NCBI RefSeq assembly: GCF_963506605.1
Contig: NC_083283.1
Location: 16,554,001 to 16,618,000, forward strand
DNA from: Zootoca vivipara
Taxonomy: Eukaryota
Direction: 5' to 3'
Length of the DNA stretch: 64,000 bases
The notes below the pieces were generated by a model that saw only the letters and a list, made by a program, of their open reading frames with translations, was not told where the DNA came from and did not search any database. The number at the start of each line of letters is the position of its first letter. Position 1 is the stretch's first letter. Shown here one piece after another: positions 51,875 to 64,000 of the stretch. The translations under genes and the position numbers were made by a program.

Positions 51875-52300
51875 TCTGGAGGTCATCATAATTCCTTTTT
51901 GTTCTTACCACCCTGAACAATTTGGTGTTATGAGTAAATCTGCCCATTTCACTATTCAACTCTAACTCCAGGGGTGAAGAATTAAAAAGCACAGGTCCTG
52001 ACACTTGATGCTTGTAGCACCTTACTTCTTACATCCTTCCATTGTGAGAATTGCCAAGTTATCACTATTCTCTGCTTCCTGTTCACCAATAAATTACTAA
52101 TCTGGAAGAGGACCTTTCCTCTTTTCCCATGACTCCTAATCTGATTCAGGAGTTTTGGGTGAAGCACTTTGTCAAAAGCTTTTTGAAAGTCCAAGCACAC
52201 AATGTTGACTGGATCACCCCATCCTTACATTTATTGACACTCTCAAAGAACACTAAAAGTTTAGCTAGACAGGACATGGCCTTGTGGAAGCCAAGCTGAT
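51875..52300 (-). mobile_element. Old CR1 RT-domain fragment
   Basis: CLDFQKAFDKVLH...NRKQRIVI..QFSQW on the minus strand. Confidence 0.8.
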
Positions 52301-53195
52301 TCCTCCAACCTTGTTCCTCTAAAATGTAATAGTTCTTCTAGACATTACACTTCTATTTGTCCAACCTCTGTTTTTTCTGTTCTTGACATTTCCATTGAGA
52401 TAGATCCCTTGTACAGCAAACACCATTCACCTATTTTGCTCTTTGCAGAATCCTTTCACCCCCTCCCTGCCCCAACTTCCTTTTCCTTTGGTCTCCAACT
52501 GAATGCCAAAGGGAACAAGCACGTCATTCTGATGTGGTTGGAAACATATTACATATGAGCCTTAAACACCAAAGAGTAACAAGAAATGGCGCACACCTGG
52601 GAGCCAAGGTAATAAATCTAGATAGCCCGGACAGAAGAAAAGCAGATGCTAGAGGTTCTGTGGTTTTCTGTCAGCAATGCGAATATTACAGTCTTCTGAC
52701 TGTCTATATTATTCTTGGCTACTTCCCTAGATATGTGATGCTGATCGAAATAGATGTTTCCAAGCAGACCGTACAATGTGTTGATAATTCCAGTGCTGGT
52801 GAATTAGTCTTGGTATGCCAGATATGAATGCGAGTGTGTAATGATCGAATTGAACTCACAGTTCTGTCCAGCAAAATCAGTCTCTCCAGGAAAAGGTATT
52901 TTCAGCTTCGTGTTCTGTTAGAGAGACAAGAAGACATTTGACTCCAAAGGTATTTTCATTAAGCCAATGGTGGCCCAAAACGGAGTCTGCTCTGGGCAGG
53001 GTTTTTGAAATTGAAAAACATCTGAAGGGTGATTTGATGCTTTGGGAACACTGGCTCAGAATCCTTTTTTCAGACTTCGTTATTAAAGTTTGAAGCTTTG
53101 TGAATGGATTCTCCACCACCAGTGCCTTTTTAAAACAAGAAACAAAAACAAAACACAGTTCGTTGAAATCATAGCTTTTCAATTATCACCTCCTA

Positions 53196-53320
53196 GCTGG
53201 ACAGTGTTCTCGAAGCTACCAACATGAGTCTGACCAAACTGCGGGAGGCAGTGGAAGACAGGAATGCCTGGCGTGCTCTGGTCCATGGGGTCACGAAGAG
53301 TCGGACACGACTGAACAACA
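53196..53320 (+). mobile_element. RTE/BovB-type LINE 3' end
   Basis: ...aaactgcgggaggcagtggaagacaggaatgcctggcgtgctctggtccatggggtcacgaagagtcggacacgactgaac(aac)n. Confidence 0.88.
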
Positions 53321-53601
53321 GCTGCATATGGAATATTTGATACGCACCACAGTGTATAATACAATTAATTACATTAATGTAGACATGAATAAAAGGGACA
53401 CACACTGTAGCCTAGCTTAAGTAGACTCAAGTAGGAGAGTCATAGAATTACAGGACTCAGCTACATTAGTCAAAAAACAGTGTTTTGAATGCGTTATAAA
53501 CATGCAACACCAGATGGTGCTGGAGAGCAAAAAAATCTAAGCAATTTTCCATAGGCTTTTTTTTTTAATATAACAATTTATCATAAGATTGCCCCCTAGT
53601 A

Positions 53602-53852
53602 CAGTCGTACCTTGGTTTTTGAGCAGCTTAGTTCTTGAACGTTTTGGCTCCCGAACGCCACAAACCCGGAAGTGACTGTTCCATTTTTTTAACGTTCTTT
53701 TGGAAGCCGAACGTCCGACGGGGCTTCTGCGGCTTCCAATTGGCTGCAGGAGCTTCCTGCAGCCGATCAGTAGCTTCGCTTTGGTTTCTGAATGTTTTGG
53801 AAGTCGAATGGACTTCCGGAACGGATTCCGTTCGACTTCCAAGGTACGACTG
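53602..53852. mobile_element. Tigger-like MITE
   Basis: ta-cagtcgtaccttgg ... ccaaggtacgactg-ta. Confidence 0.9.
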
Positions 53853-55348
53853 TAACTGTATTTCATTATTAGTTTAATTTGTGTCAGGGGTAGTTGCCAG
53901 GTTTTTGTGATGGATTATGGAAAAATAAATAAAAAATGGGTTGCATAGTAATACGCTTGAGATTGTGGGCCGGGCTGTATCACAGCAAAACCTGGATTGA
54001 TTCCCATCTTGCTATGTGGTGGCTGCTTGGAATGGTTGTACATAGTCTATGTTTTGGCTCTGCAGCAGGCTCATAATTGACTGAACTTGGGCTACTTGAG
54101 ACTGTGGGAAATGGTCAAAAGCTAGAGAAGGAACAGTATGCCCAGATAACTGGTGTGTCTGACATGTGTTGTGATGTAGTGGGCATCGGAAGACATGATC
54201 TCATGGTGAACTGTAGAGAAAGGTCCTTATGAAAATCTCCCTTTAAGAAAAATTATCAGGGAACATTTATGGCGTCAGAAACTGGGGCTGCATATTTCTA
54301 CATCTTACTTGAATTAATTACTCACACCTTTCTACTGATGTAAGAACATAAGATGAGCTTGCTGAATCAGACTAATGGCCCACTTAGACCTGCAGCCTGT
54401 TCTTGCAGTGACCAACTAGATGTACATGGGAAGCCATCAAGCTGGAAATGAATGCAACAGCATTCTGCCCACCTACGATTCCTGACATTTGGAAACATAC
54501 TGCCTTTGAGACTGGAGGTATCTTTCTCATTCTTTTTCAAGCGATGTTTTGACTGTATCTCTGAATATTCTCAGAGCAATTTTCAAATGTGGAATCCCCC
54601 TTTGACTCTCTTCATATTCATCCAGTGCCGGTAGTGTGGTAAATGATTTATGGAGTGTAGATGCACAGTCCCTCCCCAGAGTGCTTGCAAATAAAATTCA
54701 CAAGTCAGAAGGGAAGGCAAAGGGCAGAACTGGGTAATGGAGCAGCTAAAAAAGCATCCAGGAGGATTAACTGGGAGAAGACAAGTCAGAAGGCATAAAA
54801 ATATTTGTGGTCCATTAAAAGGCTTTGACCCCAGCTCAGGTCTACTTATGCTTCGGTTTATGTGGCTAGTTGCTCTAGGTGGAGATGCTCATCTCAGTCT
54901 GCACCAGAACACCAATTCAGGGAGGACAAGCTGAACATTGCAACATATACCTGCCTTAACTAGGCATATGGTCTCCCTTTACAGGACTGGGTTGTAAAAT
55001 GAAGTAGATTGCATGATTGACATCATTTGTCACCGGCATTTCTTATTTTTGTGTGTGTGACTGAGTGCCGCTGAGAGCAACCACAGTGTTGTTAGCTGTC
55101 TTGGGGCTCTTCCTGAGTTGAAGTATAGGGTGGAAGTGGAAAAACAAACAGACAAACTGATTGCATAGCAAAGGTGTTGAGATTCTGATTATGTGGGATT
55201 GTGCTCAAAAGCTGAGGCTGCTTGCATCCTGTGATGTGGGGTCCCCTCCCCCGCAGGGTAATTATGAACACACAGAGTGCATAGGTCCCTGGCTTGACTG
55301 GAACTTGGCTAGTTTCCATACATTGGAGGGAGAGAACTTTCCTGTGTA

Positions 55349-55507
55349 NNNNNNNNNNNNNNNNNNNNNNNNNNNNNNNNNNNNNNNNNNNNNNNNNNNN
55401 NNNNNNNNNNNNNNNNNNNNNNNNNNNNNNNNNNNNNNNNNNNNNNNNNNNNNNNNNNNNNNNNNNNNNNNNNNNNNNNNNNNNNNNNNNNNNNNNNNNN
55501 NNNNNNN
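55349..55507. other. 159-N gap
   Basis: N run just 5' of a Sauria SINE. Confidence 1.
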
Positions 55508-55882
55508 GGGACCCAGGTGGTGCTGTGGGTTAAACCACAGAGTCTAGGGCTTGCTGATCAGAAGGTTGGCGGTTTGAATCCCTGCAACGGGGTGAGCTCC
55601 CGTTGCTCGGTCCCAGCTCCTGCCCACCTAGCAGTTCGAAAGCACATCAAAAGTGCAAATAGATAAATAGGGACCGCTCCGGCGGGAAGGCAAACAGCGT
55701 TTCCGTGCACTGCTCTGGTTCGCCAGAAGCAGCTTGTCATGCTGGCCACATGACCCGGAAGCTGTCTGCAGACAAACGCCGGCTCCCTCGGCCTATAGAG
55801 CGAGATGAGCGCTGCAACCCCAGAGTCGGACATGACTGGACCTGATGGTCAGGGGCCCCTTTACCTTTTACCTTTACCTTTA
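55508..55882 (+). mobile_element. Full-length Sauria SINE
   Basis: Head, box B and (ACCTTT)n tail. Confidence 0.93.
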
Positions 55883-56089
55883 CATTGATCTGTCACAATT
55901 TCTTCATGGAACTCAAGGGGATACATGTGGTTCGCCTACTTTCCCATTTTATTCTCACAACAACACTGCGAAGCTTCACATGATTTTTATCCAGTTCTCC
56001 ATAACATCTATTTCGTTTTAGGGACGGTGTGATTTGCCAATGAAAACCTGCATTCAAAGTTGCTTTTGTAGTTTGAACCTGATCTGAAC

Positions 56090-56221
56090 CTCGTGAGACA
56101 AATTGGCCAGAGAGGCAGTGACTGGCCCAAGGTCATCCAGTGAGCTTCATGCCCGAGTGGGGATTCGAACCCTGCTCTCCCAGGTCCTAACACAACATTC
56201 TAACCACTACACCACACTGGC
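56090..56221 (-). mobile_element. MIR/CORE-like tRNA SINE
   Basis: Reverse complement ccagtgtggtgtagtggttagaatgttg...gggttcgaatcccc...gatgaccttgggccagtcac. Confidence 0.8.
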
Positions 56222-57699
56222 CCTCTGTGCAACATGACAAAAACAGGAGAGTCACAAATTCAGAGCTGAGCAACAGAAACCCCCAACCCAATTATTCCTA
56301 AATTCTGCTTGAAAAAAAGGATCAATATTTTTAAAGTCTAGAACATGTGGGACTTTAAAAGATTAAGCTTTTAACCTTGAGTGTTTCCATAGAAGCGAAA
56401 CATATTGGTCGTTTTTACTGTAACACGCTACTCCTGCGATCGCTCTGCTGCTTTGTGTTCCAGCTCCCTTCCAAACCATAGTATTCCAATTCAAATCTGA
56501 GCATGGTTTGGCAATCAATTATCTTTTCTCTGTTACACAGCCGAAAGCCTGTAAGTATGAAACAAGATGCCATGGCAAGCTGGTACAAAGCAACTGTTTA
56601 TTCCTACCCTCGACTTGATGAGGAACAGTTGGGAATCTATTCATGCCTAGCCTCCATCTGCTTATTATAAAATAGCTGCATGTTGTAATTTTCTTCATAT
56701 TTTTTAACTACTGTTATTAACACATAATAAAAAGCATCCAAAGAGCATGAAGTTTTAACCCAACCAAGCCAACGAAATGGAAGGGCTTCATCAGTGCATA
56801 CCTATTTAAAATATTTTCATCATCCTTGAAATATTATTATTTTTAATCCAGTGTTTGGCACTGCAATCCCTCCCTCTGTCCCTCTGTTTGTGGTAGATAC
56901 ACAGCCGAAGAAAATAAACCCTCTCTTTCACCAGTGTCCAGCACACAACTCAGCAATTGGGGATCCTTTTCTGGTCGGTGGACCATACCATTATTTCCCC
57001 AGTCCCAGTGGGTCAAATTTGACAGGTGGGTGGGTTGCCCACCTGGCAATCGCCTGGCATTATGGTGATGTCAGGTGATGCTGCACTTTGAAACCCCGAT
57101 TGTTGAGACTTCAAAGTGCAGCAGGAGGCTGTTTGAAAGCCCTGTTAAGCAGCATGGGGCGGCTTTAAAGAGCAGAGTTGGGAGGGCAAAGTGGTTTCCA
57201 ATGAATGAAAACCACTTTCCTCTCCTTGAGCAAGGTGCGCGACCACAACCCATCAGCTGATACGTGTGTGAGAGCATGCTTGGCTCCAGCAAAGGGGCAA
57301 TCGGAAGCCCATGTTAAGCTCCAGCTGTTCCACCAAGCCCTAACCTTACCTGGGCCACGCCTGATGTCATGTATGATGCCATGTGTGGGCTGTGTTTATT
57401 TCTTCCTCCCAATGGCCTCATGGGTCAAATGAGGCCTGGCAGGCAAAGTTTGACCCACAGACCAAAGGTTCCCTATCTAGTTTTATTTTATAATAATATA
57501 AAACACAGAGCAGAGACAAAAAAAAACCCTGTGCAATCCCAAACCATAAGCATTTCAAAATAAATCCATATTTTTAAGGGATTTGCTAGTGTCTCTGATG
57601 CCAAAGAACTAACATTCTGCTGCAAAGTCCAGTGGGTCCACAGACCCCTGTTTTAATTGAAGATTAGACACAGAGGCATAAAAAACCCTTTAAAATCAT

Positions 57700-57903
57700 A
57701 GTTACAGGTAGGTAGCCGTGTTGGTCTGAGTCGAAACAAAATAATAAAATCCTTCAGTAGCACCTTAAAGACCAACTAAGTTTTTTATTTTGGTATGAGC
57801 TTCCGTGTATCTGATGAAGTGTGCATGCACACGAAAGCTCATACCAAAATAAAAACTTAGTTGGTATTTAAGGTGCTACTGAAGGAATTTTCTTATTTTG
57901 TTT
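57700..57903. mobile_element. Penelope-like inverted-pLTR insertion
   Basis: Left arm on minus (with tail), right arm on plus; 14-bp TSD tttaaaatcatagt (57689-57702, 57901-57914). Confidence 0.88.
57807..57844 (+). ncRNA. Minimal type I hammerhead ribozyme motif with canonical CUGAUGA
   Basis: gtat-CTGATGA-a-gtgtgcatgcacac-GAAA-gc-TC-atac. Confidence 0.82.
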
Positions 57904-58175
57904 AAAATCATAGTAAGGGTGGGGGAACTTTTTCTTTCTGAGAGCTGCATTTCTTCATGGCCAAAGGCAAAAGTGGTTGGAACAATGGATGTGCTTCTTT
58001 TGTATAGTAGGATGCACTGAAGTCATCTAAAACTAAGATGTTTCTACACATACAAACATACCTTTCCATCATCCGTCAGAGCAAATAAGAGGGCATTGTC
58101 ACATTTCAATGACACATCCCAGAAGTGGAAAGCACTCCAGGAGAGTGTGCAGCAGAATTAGGGAGGGGTTTGATC

Positions 58176-58362
58176 CATAGCTGCCAAGTTCTCCCTTTTT
58201 TAAAGGGAAATTTCCTTATGCTGAATAGGCTTCCTCGCGAGAAAAGGGAAAACTTGGCAGCTATGGTTTGATCACAGCTGTCAATTTCTCCCTTTTTTAA
58301 AGGGAATTTTCCTTATGCTGAATAGGCTTCCTCTCGAGAAAAGGGAAAACTTGACAGCTATG
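58176..58362. mobile_element. Two adjacent CATAGCTG-family MITEs (58176-58265, 58273-58362)
   Basis: TIRs; TSDs gtttgatc and ggtttgat. Confidence 0.9.
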
Positions 58363-58492
58363 GGTTTGATATGGAGAGAGGACAGGGCCAAAGAGAGTCC
58401 CAAGGATCAAAGAGAGGCTTGGAGGACCACATGTGGCCCCTGGGACTAAGATTCCCCATCCATTCCTTCTCTACTGTGTTTTATATTGCATT

Positions 58493-58738
58493 CAGGGCCA
58501 GCCCAATATCGGTTCCTGCCTGAGGCAAAGAACAAGACACCCGCTCCCTATAATATGTACAGAAATTGAGCACAGAATCTTACTTCAACAATGATAATGA
58601 GCTTACTTTCTTCACCATACCTGGTGAATATAAGTCTAGAAGAAAGAAAAAAGGGGAGTTCTAGTCTTCATCCCTAGCCAAAAGTATCTCTCACCTGAGA
58701 TGATTGCTTCACTCTGCCTAATGGTAGGACCGGCCCTG
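58493..58738. mobile_element. Older hAT element (CAGGGCC termini)
   Basis: cagggccagccc ... ggaccggccctg; TSD not recognisable. Confidence 0.55.
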
Positions 58739-59259
58739 AACCAAACAATCACATTAGTTTTGATACATAGATGGGCCACTGGTCTGATCCAACAGGCTCT
58801 TCTGATGTTCTTTCGTATGTGGTGGGAGGGACTCTGTGATCAAGACCTCAGCTGAGCTCAAGACCTCCTGTGGTTATACACCTGGTGGTAGCAAGCTGAA
58901 AGGGCATTTTGGGGAAGGGGAAGGTGCTTGTAGATATTCTGAGTGGCCCATTATTCAGGCACATCAGCCACATGAGCCTTGAGCTAGCTTAGCTACATAT
59001 TTGTTTGCTTTGTAATCATGTTTATGGCTCACTCAATGCCTCAAAACACCAGCAAATATTAATAAGTAATTAGTTGATGAGTACATGATTTTTAATGCAC
59101 TGATATACATTTAAGCTTCATTAAAATACTGTATGTAACTTCACAGCTATAGCCTTTTGAAATGGAATTGATTAAATTTTTAAATATTCAAATATGCATG
59201 CATGTTATTAAACATACCCAAGTAAAGAGCACGGATCTGTTGAATCCTGTCCTCTATTA

Positions 59260-59686
59260 CAGTCATACCTCAGTTTAAGTACACTTCTGTTTGAGTACTT
59301 TCAGTTTAAGTACTCCATGGACCCGTCTGGAACGGATTAATCCACTTTCCATTACTTTCAATGGGAAAGTTCGCATCAGGTTAAGTACGCTTCAGGTTAA
59401 GTACGGACTTCTGGAACCAATTACACTCATACCTCGGGTTAAGTACGCTTCAGGTTGAGTACTCCGCGGACCCGTCTGGAACAGATTAATCTACTTTCCA
59501 TTACTTTCAATGGGAAAGTTCACTTCAGGTTAAGTACGCTTCAGTTTAAGTACTCCACGGACCGTCTGGAATGGGTTAATCCACTTTCCATTACTTTCAG
59601 TGGGAAAGTTCGCTTCAGGTTAAGTACGCTTCAGGTTAAGTATGGACTTCCGGAACCAATTGTGTTTGTAAACCGAGGTACCACTG
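59260..59686. mobile_element. Tigger-like MITE with three internal repeat units
   Basis: ta-cagtcatacctc ... gaggtaccactg-ta; repeated ccgtctggaacggattaatccactttccattactttcaatgggaaagtt. Confidence 0.88.
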
Positions 59687-60441
59687 TATTCTGATAGGGA
59701 GTGATGGGAAACAGTGTTGCACCCTGTATGGAAGCTCTGAACTTAGATACTGTGGTGATATCCAAGTTCCAAGCTCTAAGCACGATGAAAAGGAATTTAG
59801 GCAGCCTTTTCTGTCAAACAAAGCAGTCATGTCTTAAAAAAATGCTTAAATGCATAAATATATGTGCTTTGGCCATCCAGAGGTGACCACTTTAACCAAG
59901 TCCAAATGGTGGCTGCTTCCATGTGGTTATTAACATCGCTGCCTCTCGCCCCTCAGATTTTGGTGGCATGGAGAAAGTCCCCCAACTGTCTATTCCCCCC
60001 CCCAAAAAAGGGTCTGTATATGGTAGCGTGGAAAAAGCCACCTGTTTTATATGGTGAGAAATGGCTCACCACATGGAGACAGCCGCCATGTGCAACGATT
60101 TAACATGGTCTGTGGCAGCTGTATCATGTATACTGCCTCTCAAGCAATAGCCGGCAGTGTGTGGCACTGTTACTTATTGTTCTTGCTCCATGGAGACTGG
60201 TGCAATTCCAGTGACCGGGACCAGATCTTTAATCTATTCCAGACTTGCAAGCTTTTAAAAATTCCTTCCCCACTAGTCCTTAAAAGAGACTTTGCCTGGG
60301 ATAGAAAGTCTTGCCAGTTACTGCCTTTGTGACTAAACGATGCTGAAAAGCGAACAGTATTATACACGACAACTTTTGTTTACTTCCGATGTGTTAAAAT
60401 CCCAGCCTGTTATTTTTCTCCTAGGTGAAATGGACATGAAT

Positions 60442-60446
<5 letters not shown>

Positions 60447-60522
<76 letters not shown>
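60447..60522. repeat. (AG)n microsatellite
   Basis: Read directly from the sequence. Confidence 0.97.
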
Positions 60523-60527
<5 letters not shown>

Positions 60528-61559
60528 GGGCAATGGACAGTGTGGAATGCCAATTATCAGCCACCCACCCCCAAGCAGATGTTTATAGCTAAGATATAAA
60601 CTCCTGAAAACAGGGGCTTATAATTTAAATGCAGACACAACCTTAACTAGAGCAACGGGAACAGTGTTGCCATAATAACTGCCAGTCTCAGGAAAGAATT
60701 TATGGCAATATGTCAATCTTTCTAAAAGTAGAAGGCAGCCCTGTAGCCACCAGTGCCTATGGGTAATAGAAGCAAGACGCAGATTCCTGGGGACGCAGCC
60801 AGCAAAACTCAGAGACCAGGGCCATTTCAACATGTTTATTGTGTGTTAAGGATCTACTGCTCATTCCTATATGGCTGTAACCAAAGGAGTGCCCCCCCTC
60901 CACTTGGTTGACTTAATAGGAAGAATGAATGGCTTATTTTGGTGTAAGGATAGTCTTCAAAGTTTGGAGTAAGTTGGGGGGGAAGGACTCTGGCTGACAA
61001 TTCAGTTGCACCTTTTGGCATGAAATGTGTCAAGAACACAGTCACGTGTCCTCTCTGGGAATGAATTTCCAGAAATCCACTTTCATTATGGAATATTTGG
61101 TTTCATATGCACTTTAAAGTGTTTTTTTTTTTGCTTCTACTCCATAAACATTTAACTGATTCTGGGTTGAGTGAGGCAGCAGCGAGAGAATATTTCCCTA
61201 CACCTTGTTTGAGACGATCTTTGCTCATGACGTCTTTTCTGACAATCTGATTTGTTATGCTTCTCTCAGCGCCATGAAATTTGGCAAACGAACTTTACAA
61301 ATTGAAAGAAAAATCCTTGTCCCCCCCCCCAATCCCAAACTCTCACTGTTTGTTAGTACTTTCTCTGTAGAAAACAAAAGGGGTGCTTACATCTTACAAA
61401 GAATGAATGTACAGCAGCGGTGGTGAGTTGTAGAACTGTCATCCAACCACCAGCATCAATGAAGATTCCCTAGATGGGGCTACGGGGTGGATTTCATCTC
61501 TTCATGGCTATTATTTCTCTGTAGGTACAATGTCATGAATGAAACATCCCCAAGTCTAT

Positions 61560-62040
61560 TTTAAGAATGTAAGAAGAGCCTGCAGGATAAGGCCAATGGT
61601 CCATCCAGTCCAGCATCCTGCTCCTGCAGTGTTCAACCAGATGTCTATGGAAAGCCCACAAGCAGGATCTGGGCACAAGAGCAATCTCTCCCCCCCCCCC
61701 CCGAATTCTAGCAACTGGCATTCAGAAGCATTATTGACTCCAACAGTAGAGGCAAATTATAGCCCTTGTGACTAGTAGCCATTGATAACAAAATCCTCCA
61801 TGAATTTGCCTAAGCCTCTTTCAAAGCCATTGAGGTTGGTGGCCATCAGTGCCTCCCGTGGTTTCATGGCTTAACAATATATTCTTTTGTCTGTCCCGAA
61901 TCTTCCAACGTTCATAATTTTACATGCCTAATTATTTCATAAACTGCTCTTGTGTCACCTGTTTCTTTCCTTTTCTCTAAACTAAAAAGCCCCACATGCT
62001 GCAAATTTATCTCATAGGACTTGCTCCATTCCCCTGATCA
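61560..62040 (-). mobile_element. Old CR1-like LINE 3' region
   Basis: taagaatgtaagaagagcctgc...ggccaatggtccatccagtccagcatcctg tail; related tails at ~20570-20730, 23790-24057 and 54340-54520. Confidence 0.6.
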
Positions 62041-64000
62041 TTTACGTTTTCAGTAGCATCATTTATTCTGGCAGGTATACTGGGAGGAAAAATACAAACC
62101 ACCATGAAAAAAATAGTGGCCCTCACTAGCTTCTGCCATTCCTTGCTCACTTTACCATAATGCTCTGAAATGAGGGCCAAACTACATGTTACACTTTAAG
62201 TAGAGCATGCAGCAACATCTTCTGTTTTCCCTTTAATCCTGATCACTGTGTGTGTGTGTGTGTGTGTGTGTACAGGCTTCTCCCTTCCCTCCTTAGCTGC
62301 AGTCAGGATGGGAATCAGCCCTTCCTTACATGCACTTATGGTGCTAATGAGTCTCAGCAAAAATGTTCCCATTAGTGCCCAATTGCAGTTGGAGGGAAGT
62401 GCTATGTGCTATGAGCAGTATATCAGCCACCAATACTTCTAAGGAATTCTTGTGAAAGAGAAGATGTACACAATGCATTAAAAATAACATGTGGTTTGGT
62501 CCTGACACTGTGTGTCACTTTGTGCATACATAAAGGAAAAGCAGGATAGAAATATTTTTGATGGGTGGCATCCATGCAAAGACTTCCACTTGTGCAAAAG
62601 AACTCACCTCCTCCTCTGTCTGCACCTCCCCAAATCTTCTCCAGAGTGTTGGTGAGATTCCTAGAACAGATTTTGGGGGTTGCACGAGGGGAGGGGAGGA
62701 AGGAAAGTTTTAGTCGTGCAAGTGGAAATCCTTGTGCGATTGGGACAACTTTCTGGATACAATAATGTATGTTATGAGAAATAGGATGGCACATCCAGGG
62801 AAACACACCAATGTTTCCCCGAGGGTACTATGGAATAAGGTTATGGCCAGGCCATTCGAAGGGGGGGGGATGTCAGCCTTCATATACCCCAGTTTACATA
62901 CAGTTGCTCATCAAACCAGAACAGGCCTATTCAAAGTGATGCTCTGCTGATGTTACTGGGTTCCAACTCAACTTTGACCATGCTGCTTGGGGATATTGAG
63001 AGCTAGAGTCCAAGAACATCTGAGGAGGACCTGGTTGGCTTTTCCAACCAGAAAATCTGCACTGAATCTTCTTTTATGCATATATATATATATATATATA
63101 GCATCTAGCTGGGTTAGCATACGTGTGTGTGTGTGAGCGTGAGAGAGAGAGAGAGAGAGAGAGAATATGTATCTCCTTCAGTAACTTATTTAAATCTATT
63201 TGATGGATTAATCAATCAGTGAAAAGTCAGATGATTAATCAACCAACGTTCTTTAATCAGTGCACAGCCCTGTTATAAGCAAATGTTGCCACATGTTGAA
63301 GTGGCTTCCTGCCATGATTGGTGATTAGCTTTCCTAGAGACAACGGCATCAATATGTGTTGAATTATGAAAGTATCTCCTTGGTCTCTCTTTACTTTTGA
63401 GACACACACACACACACACACACACTTTCATATTCAGTATAGTATGTAGCATCTTAAAATACTTTGTGATGGGTTTAATGGCAAATCCCCAAATGCATGT
63501 AATAATATTCAATGCCATTTAGCAGAATCAGACCAGTTATACTCTGCCTTTTGGTAATCTGTTCTGGAAAGAACAATTTCCCACATCGTTCCCATCTGTG
63601 ATGTCCCAGCAGTGCCCCATCCAAATTGCTGAACCACTGAAGGCAGCCATTTTTGCCTTGAATGTCTCTCTCTCTCTTACCTGTAAGCACTAGGACATGA
63701 TAGTGGAGGAAGGGCTCAGTTAGCACAATGCTAGCATGCAGTTACTGACTACATAGAGGTCCTCACTGATGTCAGTAGAATGTGTTCCAGGAGCCCCTGT
63801 CTTCACATTCCTTCCCTGCAGGCAAGGATGGAAACTTTACCCGCTCCTCAAAGTAAACTGCAGTAGAAGTTCTAACTGCTTCATCAGCCACCCCTGAGAA
63901 CCTAGAAGGACACAGTCTCTCTCCCTCAATTCCCATCTCTGCCAAACTAACACAACAGCTTTGACACCAAGACTGAATTCAGGCTGTGCTTAGGTGTTCA

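Noticed and set aside
59260-59686. CRISPR-like or regularly spaced repeat array (also 42927-43189)
   Set aside because: Internal tandem units of a TA-flanked Tigger-like MITE; no unique spacers; eukaryotic context

Overview
Vertebrate genomic DNA, very likely a squamate lizard and probably a lacertid (inferred from Sauria-SINE, L2, CR1, BovB and Penelope content). The first ~13 kb hold the 3' end of TRPS1 on the + strand: the 123-bp GATA-finger exon (684-806), the terminal coding exon (4918-5982; NLS, PLDLA motif, two Ikaros-type C2H2 fingers) and a probable ~7-kb 3' UTR. The other ~51 kb is gene-free and TE-rich. Main observations: (1) a ~1.2-kb hAT-type element (imperfect 15-bp TIRs, 8-bp TSD) has captured a decayed NRG1 type II (GGF2) first exon plus promoter-like DNA; it sits in a solo LTR inside a Sauria SINE, and the stack is split by a ~1.2-kb inversion (47.7-49.6 kb); (2) a CpG-rich ~500-bp fold-back insertion with a 16-bp TSD and hammerhead-like cores (16.0-16.5 kb) shares its architecture with (3) several hammerhead-bearing Penelope-like insertions; (4) a multi-fragment templated duplication at 34.6-35.0 kb. 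Family names and human protein comparisons are from recall, not database searches.
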